Below, in pieces: positions 11,501 to 27,839 of a stretch of 64,000 nucleotides of DNA (positions are counted from its first letter, which is position 1; the number at the start of each line of letters is the position of its first letter). The position numbers and the translations under genes are program-made. The notes beneath the pieces are model-generated. The model searched no databases. It was not told the origin of the DNA and worked only from the letters and a program-made list of their open reading frames with translations. This stretch comes from the human T2T-CHM13v2.0 reference genome, Homo sapiens. The DNA lies in the NCBI GenBank assembly GCA_009914755.4, contig CP068257.2, forward strand, positions 29,248,001 through 29,312,000. Direction: 5' to 3'.

Positions 11501-12270
11501 AAGCAAACTGTCATTGAGCATTACAAACAGTTTTCATCCCAATTATTTTAAAGTCAGAAAAGATTAATATTCTAAGCTTCCAAAAGATATTAAAGCAGCA
11601 TGATGTTATATAGAATTTCCAAATCTAAGGCAGGCAATTGCTGATTCAAGTTGCTTTTTTTTTTCTAGGAACCAGAGACGTCATTCACAGATAAATGCAG
11701 GTAAAGGTAAAACTGAGGGAGATGTGAGGTACATACTTGGCTCTGAGATCTGGCAATAAGAGAGTTTCTCTGCTTTCAAGTTACCCATTGGAATCGAGCC
11801 CAAGAGAAATATAAATGAAATATCTTCCCAGTCTTCAGCCACTTACCCAAATCTGGTTTTGACCTAACTCTTCTTAAAGTTATAGCAATAATTTTCATGT
11901 ATTAGGGATAAGTTAAGAGTTAACCTTATTAGGTTTTTTCTTACTACAGGACACTAAAAAATTAAATTGTAAATTGTACAAAGTGATGGCGAGACATCTA
12001 TGCTGCACTTTAAATTTTCTACGAATAGCATAAGAGAAGGCTCCTAAGGCATTGAGTAGTCCCCACCTCCTTATTCTAAGGGATAGCTTCCAAGATCCCC
12101 AGTGGATGTCTGAAATCATGGATAGTGATCCTACATATACTGTTTTTTCCTGTATATACACACTTATGATAAAGTTTAATTTATAAATTAGGCATAGTAT
12201 GTGATTAACAACAACAATAATAAAATAGAACCATTATAACAATATACTGTAATAAAAGTTATATGAATGT

Positions 12271-12287
12271 CTCTCTCTCTCTCTCTC
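12271..12287. repeat. (CT)n microsatellite
   Basis: ctctctctctctctctc. Confidence 0.9.
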
Positions 12288-12949
12288 AAAATATCTTGTA
12301 CTGTCCTGAGGGTAACTAAAACCACAGAAAGGGAAACCATGAAAAAGGGGAGGCAACTGTATTCATAGCTTGTAAAGTTATAATATTTGATATTAATAAT
12401 CACATTTAGCTGCATTGTACTTATTTTCACCTTTAAATTACAACCGCACAGGGAAGGAGTAAATTTTCTCCTATTATCATTTGTTGTATTTCTGTATTAA
12501 AAGCCTCTTGGGCACTCTTGGCACTGAAAATATCATAATAATAATTTAAAAGATTAACATTCACCCTCTTCCAATTAAGAGAGTGCCATAGCTGCAGTGA
12601 TACAAAGGTGAATGCCAATGTCTTGGCTATAATATAAATAATGGGACTAGAAATTAGCAATACATAAAGAATGAAAAGAAGAAAAGAATGGTTTTTTAAA
12701 AAAGTGATTACCACAATGATTAAAAAAAAAATTAAACCAAGGATGGCCAATAGACTTAGGGCAACCAAGGGACTTCTTCTGGAGAAATTCTTAAAATTTC
12801 AAGTTTCACAACAGCCTTGCCAGATTTCTATTACAGAAAACCCAATTATCCAGATAATTTGCATAATTTAAATGAGGCAAATGAAAAACATTGGCTGTAT
12901 AGGGTATCTCAGAGTTTACTGTGAAGATTACAGATGAAAAGTGTGCTCA

Positions 12950-13500
12950 ACTGAGCTAAGAGTTGGGGTTCGACTCTGAAAGCAAGGCTTGGACATCAGA
13001 GGTGGGGCTTGGTCACCAGAACAAATTGAGGACTAGCTAAAACAGGTCCAGCATGGAAGCATCTCATTATAAGACACACCTACCAGCACATCATGTCAGT
13101 TTACCATTGTCATGGCAACGCCCAGATGTTACCACTCCTTTCTATGGCAACGACCCAACCAGTCAGCAGTTACCACCATTTTCCTAGAAATTTCTGCATA
13201 AACCACTCCTTATTTGCATGTAATTAAAAGTGGGTATAAATATGAGTGCACAGCTGCTTCTGAGCTGCTACCCTGGGCATGCTGCCTATAAGGTAGCCCT
13301 GCTCCACAAGGAGCAGTACCTGTGCTTTTGTACAGAGGTACTTGCCACTTCAGTAAAAGTTGCTGTTTAACATCACTGGCTCACCCTTGCTTTCCTGGGA
13401 GAAGCCAAGAACTCTCCTGAGCTAAGCCCCAGTTTGGGGGTTGTCTGTCCTGCCTCACCACCACTTAGCCATCTAGAACCTTGGGAAAAGCAATAAGACT
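12950..13500 (+). mobile_element. Possible solitary retroviral LTR (ERV class not assigned)
   Basis: Begins TG..., contains a TATA-like gtataaatatgag and a polyA-like ttcagtaaaagttgctgtttaacatcactggctcac, with non-genic GC-moderate sequence. Recognition is weak. Confidence 0.25.
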
Positions 13501-16256
13501 GCTAATCCCCTTTTTGCTAACTATAAATGGAAACAATAATGGGGCCTACATAGACTTTGTGGGAGGCCTAATAAAGTAATGTCTGGGACATGTAGACATT
13601 CGATACATAATGGTTCTTCCACTCCCCTTTTTCTTTCATTTAAGACAGGGCTTTGTAGGGGCCCAATTTTTCCCAAATAAGAATTTCAATTTGTTTAAAG
13701 TTGTCATAGATTCCTAACCATATATAACTTCTTAGTGCATGCAATTAATAAAATATAGAATCCAAACAACCTGTAATAGTTAACAATTACAGCTTTATAC
13801 TTTTAGATCATGAATAGGGCTCAAGATTTTAACATGAATCCCCAAATTTTGTACTAGCTACAGTTAAAATGTATTTCATTTCTTCATAACCTTTATAGCT
13901 ATGGCCAAGATCAACTCACTACGCTATCATTCCTCACCATGGTGGCAGGGATAAAGGTGGTCTGCCTATGCTTTAGGACCCACAGTTCTGAAAGAGGATG
14001 CCTGAAGTGGTGGGTAATACTTCACGCAGGTGGAGGGGAGTGGGGAATGGGTGGGTTCCAAACTTGTCTAAAGTAATTCTAATGACAGTAGAGAGCAAAC
14101 AAATATCCTTAGGAAATACTGGTAGAACCCATTGGGAGGGAGCCTAAAGCAGCCCAGAGCAAGTGCAAAAAAAATTTTGAAGACTTATATTGTGTCTTAA
14201 TATCACGGTAGAACCATTATTATCCCAAAAGTCAGCAGCTGATTCTTCTTAATGAAAGAATCATTCCAAACTGCCTTATTTAGGAACTTTGGTCAGTTCT
14301 TCGGAATAGAGGATGAGGCTCTCAGAGCACTATTGTCAGCAGAAGCCAAGGCAACAAAGAGGCAGCTCGCTCGCTGAACCACTGGTACAATTGGAATTGC
14401 TGGGGAGAAAAGAGGAAAGTGTCAAGAAATAGGAGAGGGACAGAGAGCACAGATGGAGGAGGAGATAATGAGCCAATCTCATATTTTAAGGCTTAGAGAT
14501 CTCACGGAAATTATGTCAGCTATCTGCATGTCATAGAAGAGCATAACGCTGATCTATGCTCTTTATCTGTGCTTAACAAAACTTCCTCCAAAGGTAGTGT
14601 TGAAAAGGAATTTCAAGAACAGTAATATCTGTTTTCCACTGTGAAGTTGCCCAAGCTGTTGTTACGTGTTCCCTCCCCCACCTCCCCTTCATCAGTATGG
14701 ATGATTCATACTAGTGAGGTTTGTATGTGTGTGTTGGAAAGGGCCTAATTTTCACATTTGGTCAACTCAAATGTTGACAAAAGGAGCATGCATCAGATAG
14801 ATATCCAAAACAATTCCTGGAAATAGGAATTCAACCCTATGTTAGGGTGTAGGCTGAGAATACTAAGTGCCCTATGAATACATTAGAGTCTTCAAATGCC
14901 TTCGGACTTCCACAAAGTTGCAATGAACTAATCATAGCTAGATACCGAGCCAGTGTTTTAATTTGTAGTACTTTGATGATGAGAGAAGCTGTTATTTATT
15001 TATTGTTATATCGTGTTATTTATTTGTTACTTTTTTAGTGAATTGTCCACTTATGGCTATGCCCAATTTTCTGTTCAGGCACTTATTTTTCTTACTCATT
15101 TGTAACAAACCTTTACATATTAAACATACAAGCTCTTTGACAGGGATTACAATATTTTTTTCTTCTACTACTCTTGCCTTTTAATTCGGATCACTGTATT
15201 GTTGACATACAGTTATAAACTATAGATTTTTTAAATAATTTCTTCCTATGTTACTTAGGCTTAAACAGACCTTCACCATACCAAAAGGTTCATCTACTTC
15301 TTCTACTCGTTTGGTAAGAAATTTTTTTTTGACATGTAACTATAACTTTTCTGGAATTTAACTTGCTATAACTTTATTTAGAATGTTGAGATGAAATTTA
15401 TAAATGAGATTGGTGTTATGGATTTTTTTTCTACTTTCATGACCAGATTGGGGTAATAATAGTTTGTAAAATAATACCAGCTATCTATATGTCATAAAAG
15501 AGTGTATACAGTATAACACTGATCTATATTCTTTACCTGTGCTTAACAAAGTAACAGAGCTTACTAGTTCAGTGTTCTGGGCCCAAAGCATTTTCAGAAA
15601 GTAATTTTTGAAAAATATTTTAATGTCTAGTTTGATATTTTGTTCAGATGCTCCGATTTTTTATTTTTTCCTTCTCATTGAATCATTTTTATATTCATAT
15701 TCCCTCCTATTCATTCATTCTTGAGATTTTAAATTTTAGAAAAGGGTTTAAGTATTTGCTCGTAATTTTTAATCTCAATAGCTGTCATTTCATTCCCTTT
15801 TTATGCAGATATTTTATTTTTAGTTTTTCTAATTTCATTAATTTCTGCCGTCTGTGTTATTTTCCCTTTCTCTTTTGTAAACTATATCATGTTATTTACC
15901 AAATTTTTATTTATATACTAAATATATTTCTGTTATAGAAAATATAGCTTTAAATCTATTATGTCATCTGAATTTATTATATTATTTAGATATATCTTAG
16001 CATTATTTCCTATTTCTTCTGTTATATACTGAAAAAAGGACGTGTATTTTTTTAGTTTCTTGACTTGTTCTTGAATTTGTGTTTTTTATACAATTTGATC
16101 TTTTTTTAGTTTGGATTACAGAATGTTATTACACTCGTCTTTTTTTAATCACAAACCATTTTTGTTCTGTTTCATACTTTTACCTTGAAGCCTAATTGTT
16201 TAATATTATTACTGTAACTCCAGATGTTTTGTTTGATTTTCTTAATGTAGTGTTTT

Positions 16257-16595
<339 letters not shown>

Positions 16596-16683
16596 TGAGT
16601 ACTCATAATAAATAGCTCACATTCAGATATCGTTTCTGATCCAGTCCTAATATTTAGGTTTTAATAAGAAGTAATGTGCTCAG

Positions 16684-17096
<413 letters not shown>

Positions 17097-20000
17097 TTAT
17101 TTTTTTCAATCATACATCTTTATTCAATTCTATATGTCATCACCTTGTAAAATATTTTAAGACATACTTCTCATAAAAGCCAAGAATTGCAAATATTCCA
17201 AAAGTTCACCAACATTAGAAGGGATAAATAAATTATATGAATAGATAATGAAATCCTATAAAGTAATAAAATTAAATAAACTAGGCTAGATCAACAACAT
17301 GAATGACCCAAACTGTTGAACAAAAAAAAGCAACATACAAAATAATACATACATACAGAATTTTATTCTGCTTACATAATGTTCGAAAGCAGGCAAAAGT
17401 AAACCATATTGTTCAGGTGGCAAAATGATTTTATTTCAAGATCAAAAAAGTTAGGATGATATTCATGGCTAAGGGGAAGGAATGAATTTAGAATCAGAGA
17501 GGAACAAAGCAGGCTGCTGGGGTAGGCTGGTGTCAGACTCCTTCTGCCCCTGAGCGGTGGTTACACTGGTGTTAGCTTGATGATTAAAGCACCAAATCCT
17601 ACGCATTCATCGTGTGCAAGATTCTATATGGAACACTGCATCTCACAATGAAATAATCTCACACATCTTTGTAATTTAAAGAGGTTAATGTCAGAAAATA
17701 TACCATCAATTTCTTCTCCTCCATGTAACCTGAAGGCATTCATAATTTTACATCATGCCTCCAATTCCTCACTTGTTATTTTGTTAGTAAAACCCAATTT
17801 CTATTTTTTAAATTTGTATCACTTTTCAGTAACTATTTATGGCCTACTTAGCTGACTTTACAACTACAATCATAAGACTCATTTAATTATTTTTTTCACT
17901 ATTGACCATTAGTCATTTTGAGGTTTTCTTTTTAATTTCCAGTAGCTTAAGAAGAGAACGTTATTAGCAGTCTACTTTTTTAGCCAATTATTATCTGAAA
18001 ATGTACTTCAGTTGCATTCCATGTGAATAAAAACCCAATTAACTATTAAACAAAAAAATTTTAAAGCCAAACATATTTGTTCTCAAAATCCTGAAAGTCG
18101 TGCTTCATTTCTTCTTGCAGTTAATGTTCGGAAGACAATTCTGAAACAACACGTTCCTTCTGTTACATCTCCAGGATTCATGAACCATATTATCTTCTCT
18201 CTCATCAATTTCATTCTTTATCCCCTTCATCTGAATTCTGGAAAGCTTCTCAAAGTTGTTTTCCACATTATGATTCATTACATCATAGAAAAACTTTTCC
18301 ATTTTAAGCCTCCTCATACAGATTTTAGTCTTTCTCATGCAAATTTTAAATCAGCGATTACATTTTAGTTTCCTTTATCTTTTCCTGCCTCATCCAACTC
18401 ACTGAATTTTCGCTTGCTTGCTCTCTCTGTCTCCCTCAGCTGGATCCCTTTTTAATCTGTTTCCTGTTTTTCTTTTCCCCATGCTTCTGCTTCATATTTT
18501 CTAGAGTTTTATTGAAAGCACGAAGAGATCATTTTACATTTGTTCTCTTTCTTGTGGAAAATATTTTAGAAATACAACATCTGCATCTTCTTCCTTTTAA
18601 GCTTGAGAACATTTTCTTCAGTATCGTATTGAGGCCTTCTGGTGTGATCCATCCATATTTAATGAGGATGGCTCAGACTCTTTGGACCCCTCTCATCCAC
18701 CGTGTATTTTTCCTTAAAATTTCCTTTTCAGACCTTTGGCAGAAAGCTTAGTTGCTCTAAATTACATGGGTACGCGGCTGTTTCAGAGACTGAGGAAATG
18801 GAGAAGCAACTCTATCTGGTGATCCACTCTGCTGAGGATCAGCTGTCAGCCTTTTTCTCTCTGTGGCTTGTCGTACTGCCCAGGTTCGTGGCAAATCTTA
18901 AGCAATCTGCTTCGCCAGGCTACTGCTTAGCACATCAAATGGAAAAAATCAAAGGTGTCTACAAGACATCTTGCCTCCCTGGCAGCTTTTTGCTTAATGT
19001 GAATCCTATATGAACTCTCATATCTCCTAATGCAAGCACTTTCATATACTCTTGATCCACATCCATGAACAAGGAGTTGAGTGAACCCAAGTCACCTTCT
19101 CCAGGGTACACACAGCTGTCAGACTCATCCCTCCTAATTCATCACCAGTGGGACTTTCTAAAAGTCTCAGCCCCATATCCTTTGTTTTGGAAAAATCTAC
19201 ATTAAGTATAAAGAAACTAACTAATATCCCCAGCTTTTTAACTGTACTTTCCCATAATTTCCAGTGATCATGTTTGCTTCTTGATATTTATATATTTCTT
19301 CAGTTGTTTCTATGAGGACCCAAGGTAGAAGTGTTATGTTATACAAATTATCACAGTCTTTGTTGTCTGGAAGTCATAATATAAATATTTTTAAACCAAG
19401 AAATGAGCTAGAAATTCCAGAATTTTCCAAGTGGGTCAGTCCTGACGGAAAAAAATGAAAAAAGTAGTGAGAGAAAGGAAAGAGAGAAGCTTGAAGTATT
19501 TCACTCTTGGCAAGCCTCAAATAATACACCTGTCATTTTGGTGAGCCATCTTATTCAGGCTGCTTTTAACTCAATTTTCAGGTGAGTCACCTCAAAACTT
19601 CAAACTGCAAAATGGTCAGCTTGCATCAGGGAGCAACGAAGCTCTCCCAAATCTTGTAAAATAAGATGATTTGTGAGCAGAATTACCCAAATACTATTTC
19701 TTGAGGTTATTTTAAGCTTTTGCTTTTCTTGCCTCCCTGATAACTTCAACTCAGATAACTACATGGAGCTTTACAGTGCTAATCTAGGAAAAAAATAATA
19801 TTAAGATTGGTATTATTATAAATGAGAATCCAGTTATAGAAATAGATTAGCACAGTTTCATATTACACTGTAAAAACATCAAAATGAAATTAAACATCTT
19901 TCCTAAAGTCAGAAATCTTAAAATATATATAGTCTGAGTTTCCCCATGATCTGCTGAACAAGTTGAAATAATTATTTAATAACTAGAAAAATATGATGGA

Positions 20001-23000
20001 CACATTTCACATGTTTCCTGGGGGTGAGAAATATTTCCTGGTGTTTTTTTATTCCCATTAAGTGACAAGTTGACGAAGAATAGAGCATGTGAGACACAAA
20101 GAAAGAATAATGTCTACATGCCCCAGAATGAGAAGTTTGTCTATAGCAAAAGAGAGACCACTGCTGCCACCAAGCTACAGCCTGACCCTAGGCCCACTGT
20201 CCCCCGAATTCAGGATTCAGCTGCAGAAAAAAACGAACAACTGTTAAAGAAAAAAAACTCTTCAAAGGCACTTGTTAAAGCAGAATAGGAAGTCTTTATT
20301 CAGGATCATCACATTGGGCATAGCGGTCACTGCGGTGGGATTTTGCACCGGAAGAGAGAGATTGGACTCAGCTTTGAATACAGCATGGGCAAGTGGGGAT
20401 TTACAGCCAAGGAGCAGTGTGGGGGTCGGTGGATGGAAAATTATTAAGAGGAACCATCAGAGATAAGAGGAATTCTGGCTAAACTGACCTACAAGGATTC
20501 TTGCTGAAGAGGGACAAGGGTGATCAGACATCATCTGGGGGATGGTAGAGAAAGAGAAGCCTAATTAGGTATCAAAGGTGGAGGGTTTTTGCTAAGCTGA
20601 CTTAGCAGAGTTCTTGGCTAAAACTGGATTTTACAAGGAAATGCAAGGACAAGCTTAGGAGAAGCTTCAGGAGCCTGAGTAAAGTTTGGTCAAAGATATT
20701 TGTTATAACATAAACTCCTCTGTCTCATATTCCTGTACTTCCAAGCAATTCAACTATCTTGAAGGTCCTCCTGACCAGCTCTGACAATCTGATCAGCAAA
20801 ATGTATGAATTTGTAAAGTGCTACATCGGCAATTTAGCCATAAAACTAGATGTTGATGAAATCATGTTGTACCCGTTATCTACCATAATGCTACATAACA
20901 AAGCACCCCAAAACCAGTGGTGTAAAAAAATATAAGCATTTAATTTACCCAGAGGTCTGTGGGTTGTTGGTCTAGGCTGAGTTCGATTGAGCAGTACTTC
21001 TGGCCTCAGCTGGCTCAGTCTCAAGTCCGGGGGTAGCTGGTTGTTAGCTGATCTAGGACGGCCTCAGCTGGGGTGTCTGGGACAACTCAGCTCTGCTCCA
21101 TGTGCCTCATCTTACAGCAAGCAAGCCAGGCATGTTCTCATGGAAATCACAAAGCTGCAAGAGACTCATCAAAAGCATGCAATGCTTGTTCCGCCTTCTT
21201 CTTGGGTTACATTTTCTAACATGCCATTGTACAATGCAAGTCATGTGCTCAATCTAAAGTCAAGGGATGAGATGGAATACCCAGCCCAAAGGGCACTGAA
21301 GAATTACAAGGCAAAGGGAGTGGTGCAGGGAGGGGTGTAGAATGGGAGCTGCTATGCAATCAATCTACTGCACACCTTTAATGCCACTTTGTCTCCCATT
21401 TGAGCCATGGCAATGCTGACTACGCTGGTTACTTAATAACAAACCTAATCCCTGGGTTAGGACGTCAAAATCTTAAACTACCCACCCAAATGAAGATATC
21501 TAGTCAACTAGCTCCAAAACAGTGGCAATTAAGCCACTGAATAATTATGATTAGCAATAGATAAAATTTAATTACTAATAGATAAACAAAATTAGTTCAT
21601 ATCCCAGTAACACATGCAACCGTGGTAAATCCACCTTTGTTCTCATCTGATGGAATTCAAGATTATTTTCTAACAAAGCAGCAAGTTCTGGAGAAAGGTT
21701 GGAGTAAAATCTTTATTGGGCATTAAGGCAGGCAAGTTAAGGGTAAGTAACAAAATGAGGTTCCCTGAAAATAAAATCAACCCTTTGAAAGTGCAGGGTC
21801 ATGAGTATTCCAAACAATAATATACAAAAATAAATTGAAAATCACAGATATATTTCCTCAAAATCATCATTAGAAATGTATCACCCACACATTTAAAATA
21901 TCTGTATTAAAGATTTTCATGGTTAGATCTGCACTGGGTGCTTTAAAAGCAAATTCTGTCTCTAGTTTGAAGCAGATTGACTGGCTATGCTTTCTTAGTT
22001 GTTGCATGGATTTGTTTGAGATCAAACTTTTTCTCCAAACAGCTGAATATGATTCAAATATCTCTGGTTCAATAAATTTTTGAGTTAAAATTTGGAGTAT
22101 ATTTCGCACTTCAACATGCTGAGATAGGAAACCCAAATTGCTTGTAATGGTATAAATGTTTCCATAGTAGGAAATGATGGAATAAATTAAGTTCTTAACA
22201 TTCATGCTTTTGTAATAAATTCAGTAATAACCTTTTCGATCATTGGCACAGTCTATGTTTTGTAAACTTAATCTAATCAGCTGATTTGGATATTTCATCA
22301 GAAGAAATTTTGGTTGATAGGTTCATAACTTTTACAGCTTGTTCAATGAAAACTGATTGGATTTTGCATATCTCGTAGTTTTTCCTGACTCTGATCAAAG
22401 TCATGTTAATGATAGTCCTTCCAACCCAAAGGACTTTGAATAAAACAATTCTCTACCAAGGCAGCAGAATCACACCCCATTCCAACTCAATTCTTTTTTG
22501 GCTGGTTATCTGTGAAGTTTCTTTCCTCTTTCGTGATCCACTTTGTTTCTATCTCTAGGATAAGAAAGAATTTCTCTAAAAAACTGCTGCACTAACGATT
22601 TTAACTCTTTTTTTTTTTGAGACTAAAATATGAAGCAGATCACACGGTACAGTGTGGTAAGAGTCCTAACAGCAGTAGGCACCTTTTATCCAATTTCCCT
22701 TATAATCAGCACGTGGGTTGTTTCAGACAGCTGGTTGGGCTGAGGCACTTTCAGAGACCATAGAATACAGCAAAGTCTCCTTATCCACAGATAATTCTAT
22801 GCCATGCCAACATAAAGCCTTCTCAGCAATCCTAAAAGGGAAAATGGAAAGATTCTACAAATATCTTTCATTTGTAGAGCTGAGCGACATCCCCAGACTT
22901 GCCTCAATTTTCAGTCCTAGTTGTCATATGGAATGAACAAAATTATGAAAGAAGCTCTTAATAAGAGAAAGGTTTATTTCTTCCTAAATCTAATATTAGT

Positions 23001-23624
23001 GCAGTTTGAATAGGCATTCAAAGAAAAGATAATGAAACTTCATTGATGGAATTTTATGAAAGGTGTCAGGAAATAAAAAAGCAAATTTATGTCTTCTCAC
23101 TCTTGAATAAAGAAGATTTTACTAATAGCTAAAATACACCACAATAATACAATAGCAAATTTTTTTCTATCCTCTGCTCCCATTGCTGAACACCCCTCAA
23201 AGTGATCTGAAACTGTTATTTTACATTCTGCCCAGCCTTTCCCTACCTTAACTTTCTCCAGCCTCAGTAACATTGCTGAAATTATTCTCCTGAAGGTCAC
23301 CAATGACTGCTTTACATTTTACCTTATTTTATTGTAAATGGTAATGAAACCGCCTTTGCAAAAGTTATAACTGAGGAAATTACGACAGTGAAAGAGATCA
23401 GACTTAACCGACTCCATCTTGCTTCTAACCTTTAAACTAACTTTGGGAAGGAATTCAGTTCATGGGTTGACTCTGAAACAAAATTGATAACAGCCCTTTC
23501 CCAAAATATCGCCCTTCTTGCCTGGGGACCAGTCTGCATTTGCAGAAATAACAAATGAGCTGCAAGATTAGAAATTATGGTTTAGGGGTCATGCAGCCTC
23601 TGGTTCCAAGAGTCTGAACCTCCC

Positions 23625-23705
23625 CAAATTGCTCAAAATGTAAAATCAGTGCAAATTGCTCAAAATGTAAAATCAGTGCAAATTGCTCAAAATGTAAAAT
23701 CAGTG
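23625..23705. repeat. Minisatellite of 27-bp unit x3 (caaattgctcaaaatgtaaaatcagtg)
   Basis: Three perfect head-to-tail copies at 23625-23651, 23652-23678 and 23679-23705. Confidence 0.95.
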
Positions 23706-25356
23706 CCTCAGATATTCTGCAGACCCTGCATTGGCTGGATCAACTGACACCACCCAGACGGGTAATCTGGCTCGACCAGTTCTGCGATCCCACCCAGGAA
23801 GAGAAAACAGCAAGAAAAACTCACTTCAACCCCGTAGGATTCCATCTCCAACCTGACCAATCCACACTCCCCACTTCCCAAGCCCCTACCCGCCAAAATA
23901 TCTTTAAAAACTCTGATCCCCAAATGCTTGGGGAGACTGATTTGAGTAATAATAAAACTCCAGTCTCCAGCACAGCCGGCTCTGTGCAAATTACTCTTTC
24001 CAACGCAATTCCCCTGTCTTGATAAATCGGCTCTAACTAGGCAGCGGGCAAGGTGAACTCACTGCGCGATTACAATAACACATAAACAGAAAATCACATA
24101 AAACAAAAACACTAATAAATTATCACAACATATTTGTAAAATATCAACTATCTCTCAGGAAAAAAAAAAGAACGTTGTCTAATCTCTCTCTCCTCCTCGA
24201 AGACCATCTCTATCCTTATGCCTAACACTGTGTTTTGTTTTTCCTGCTTTTCATCTTTTTATGAATGGATTCATGTGCCTCCCTTATTACGGAATTCTGT
24301 CTGGCTTATTATGGAATTGTGTGTCTAGCTTATTTCTTCAATATTCTGATGGTGAGATTTATCCATGCCATTGCATGCATCAGTTCATTCATTTGCATTG
24401 TTATACAGCGTTCGTATTGTATGACTATTGCACAATTTATCTATATTACTACTGATTAACATTTAGATCATTTCCAATATTTGGCTATAATAATGTTGCT
24501 ATGAACATTCTTATATAGTCTCTTGCTGCACTTGCACACACATGTCTGTTGGGTAACTAAAAGTCAAATTTCAAGACCATACAGTACATATGTATTAACA
24601 CTAATAGGTAATTAGCAATCTTACATATTTCTACTTCCCCTATCAGTTTGGGAAAGTTTCATTTCCAGTTCAACATTTGGTGTTGTCAGTCATTGTAATT
24701 TTAGCAATTTAGGGATACACATTGTACCTCCTAGTGGCTTTAGTTTGTAATTTTCTGATTAGCACAACACTTTTCCGTGTCTGTGGCTACTTAAAGGAAT
24801 CTTTTGTGAAATACCTGTTCAACTCTCTTGCCTGTTTTTCTATTAAACTACCGTTTTCTTATTGACTTGTGGTGTTCCTTTATATGATATGGACACTAGC
24901 TCTTTGTCAGTTACTTGTCATGCAAATGTCTCCTGCTGCTTGGTGGTTTACCTTTTTTACTTTCTTAATAAAATACCTTAATCTTGACACCGTCCTGTCT
25001 ATTGACATTTCCTTTACATTTAATGTGTTTGAGGGTCGTGTTTATGAAATCTTTCTTCAACTGGAGTTTATACATATATTCTCCTAGCTTTTCTTTCACA
25101 AGTTTTTATGCTTCTGCTTTTCACATTGTAATAGAGAATCTAGGGAATTGATTTTTTGTGTACTATGTGAAGTAGAGGTAAAGCCTAAATTTTCCTCCTG
25201 AGGATGTCCAATTGCCCCAGAACCATGTATTGAAAAGATTCCTTTTGCCCACTGTCCTGCAGCACCACCTTTAACAGAAATAAATTGTTCTGTTTCTAGA
25301 ACATCTATTATATCCTTTGATCTAGTTTTCCTTGTGCCAATATCACATTGTCTTAA

Positions 25357-25692
<336 letters not shown>

Positions 25693-27839
25693 TTTGACAT
25701 CTTTATAGCATAAATCTCTCAACTTCTTTTACTTCAAGAGTGTGTTGGCTATCCTTGGCTCTTTGCATGTATAGATATATATACATGCAAACATATATAT
25801 ATATATATAAACTTGTAGGGAAATTAATATCTTTATAATATTGAGTCATCCAATCTATAACATGGTATAGCCATCCATTTCTTTTATTTCTCTCAATAAT
25901 ATTTTATAGTTTTCTGTGTAGAGACTGTACACATCTTTCACTAGATTTATTCTTAGGTGTCATATTTTATGTTATTATACATAGCATTTTTAAATTTTAT
26001 TGTCTATTTGTTGCTGACACACAGAAATACTTTTGATTTTATATACAGACCTTATGCTCAGAAAATATGCTAATTTTGCTTACTACTTCTACCAATTTAC
26101 TTGTGCTTTTGTTCCTAATTTTGTCCACACGTGATCATAGGATCTGTGATACGATAGCTTTATTCCTTTCTTTCTAATTCTAAAGAATTTTGTTTCTTAT
26201 ATTTGCCTTTTTGCACAGACTCCAATAAAATGATGACTAGAAGTGACAAATATCGGGCATTCTTATTTCAAACACTAATGTCTCAAAATTTCACCACTAA
26301 ATATAATGTTTGCTGAAGTCTTATTATAGATATTATTGACCTGGTTAATGAAATTCCCTTATATTTTTCCTATGCTATGTGTTCAATGTATTATTATAAA
26401 CAGATGTTAAGTTTTATATACTTTTTCTGCATCTATTGGGAGGACCAAATGATTTTTCCCTCTTAATGTTTCTTTATGCTATACTTATTTTCAAATAGTT
26501 AACTAACCTTGCTTTTCTGCGATCATTTTACTTTTCATTGAGTTATAACTTATGTAAAATAAACCTCATTGATTCTACATATACAATTTGATGAAGTTTG
26601 GTAAGTGCATACAGTCATGTAACCATCACCATAATCAAGATACACAATAAATCCATCCTAATCCCTAAAATGTTTCGTCATGCCCTATGGCTGTCAATCA
26701 CCACCTCTGATGAGTGGCTTCAGGGAAATATTAATTTGCTTTCTATCATTACCGTTTTGCCTTTCTTTGAGTTTTAGGTAAATGAAATAACAGATTATGT
26801 AGTCTGTGGTGTTGGAATTATTTCACTATTTTTGAGATTCACTGTTTCCAAAATCCAGTGCATTGTTGCATGCATTAATATTTTACTGCTTTTTACTTCT
26901 GAATAGTATTCCACAATATAGAAATACCACAATTTTTTTAATCATTTGCCAATTGATGGCCATTTGAGTTGTTTACACTTTTTGGCATCTATGAACAATA
27001 CTGGTATGAATATTGTTGTACAATATATTATATGCACCTATGTCCCATTTCTCTTGAATTAATAACTAGTAATGGGATTACTGAGTTGTATGTTAGGTGC
27101 AGGTGTATGTTTAACTTTATAAGACATTGCTATATTGTTTTCCAAAGTATTTGTACAAGTTTTGCATTCCCACTAACACTATTGTCATGCATCCTCACCA
27201 ACACTTGGTATGGTCAGTCTTTTTAATGTCAGCCAACCTAATAACATGTGATATCTCATTTGGGGTTTTATTCTGCATTTCTCTGAAAACTAATGATATT
27301 AAATATTTTCATATGATTATTGGCTCGTTAGATACTTTAATTTGTGAAGTATCTGCCCAAATTTTTTGTACATTTTAAATTAGGTTTTCTTATTATTGGG
27401 TTCTCTAAATTATTCTTAAAATATTCTTTAAAGTATAATTTAAAGAATTATTAAATTATTCTTTAAACACATCTTTAACTGCATCCCACATTTTGATATG
27501 TAGTATTTTTATTATCATTGATTTAAATTATTTTCCCTTATGGTGTCTTTTTTGGCCCATCAGTCATTCATTTCCAAAAGTGGGGATTTTCTGGTTAACA
27601 TTTTTATAATTGACAAATAATATTTGTCTATATTTATGAGGTACAATGTGATGTTTTAATTTCTGTATACATTATCAAATGATTAAATAAAGCTAAATAA
27701 CATTTCCTACACCTCATACTGTTTTTGTGGCACAGACATTTAAAATCTGCTCTCTTAACAATTTTGCAATATATGTTACATCATTATGAACTATAGTTAC
27801 CTTGCTGTGCAATAGATCTCAAAAACACATTCCTTCTAA

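Noticed and set aside
17100-17700. Possible old LINE/MER-like repeat (..tggctaaggggaaggaatgaatttagaatcagagaggaacaaagcaggctgctggggtaggctgg..)
   Set aside because: It looks repeat-like, but I cannot assign a family or boundaries from memory, so I did not list it as a feature.
20820-21340. Segment with a transposon-like feel (ctaccataatgctacataacaaagcacccc...gtctaggctgagttcgattgagcag...cagctggctcagtctcaag...) and a 117-aa ORF
   Set aside because: It resembles ancient MER/DNA-transposon-type sequence, but I could not identify it confidently. The ORF has a low-complexity Ser/Leu-rich translation without gene signals.
23625-23705. 27-bp x3 perfect repeats and the ~60-bp repeats at 56.56-56.80 kb considered as CRISPR-like arrays
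   Set aside because: No unique spacers between repeats and a eukaryotic, Alu/L1-laden context. These are a minisatellite and an LTR/GC-block internal repeat.
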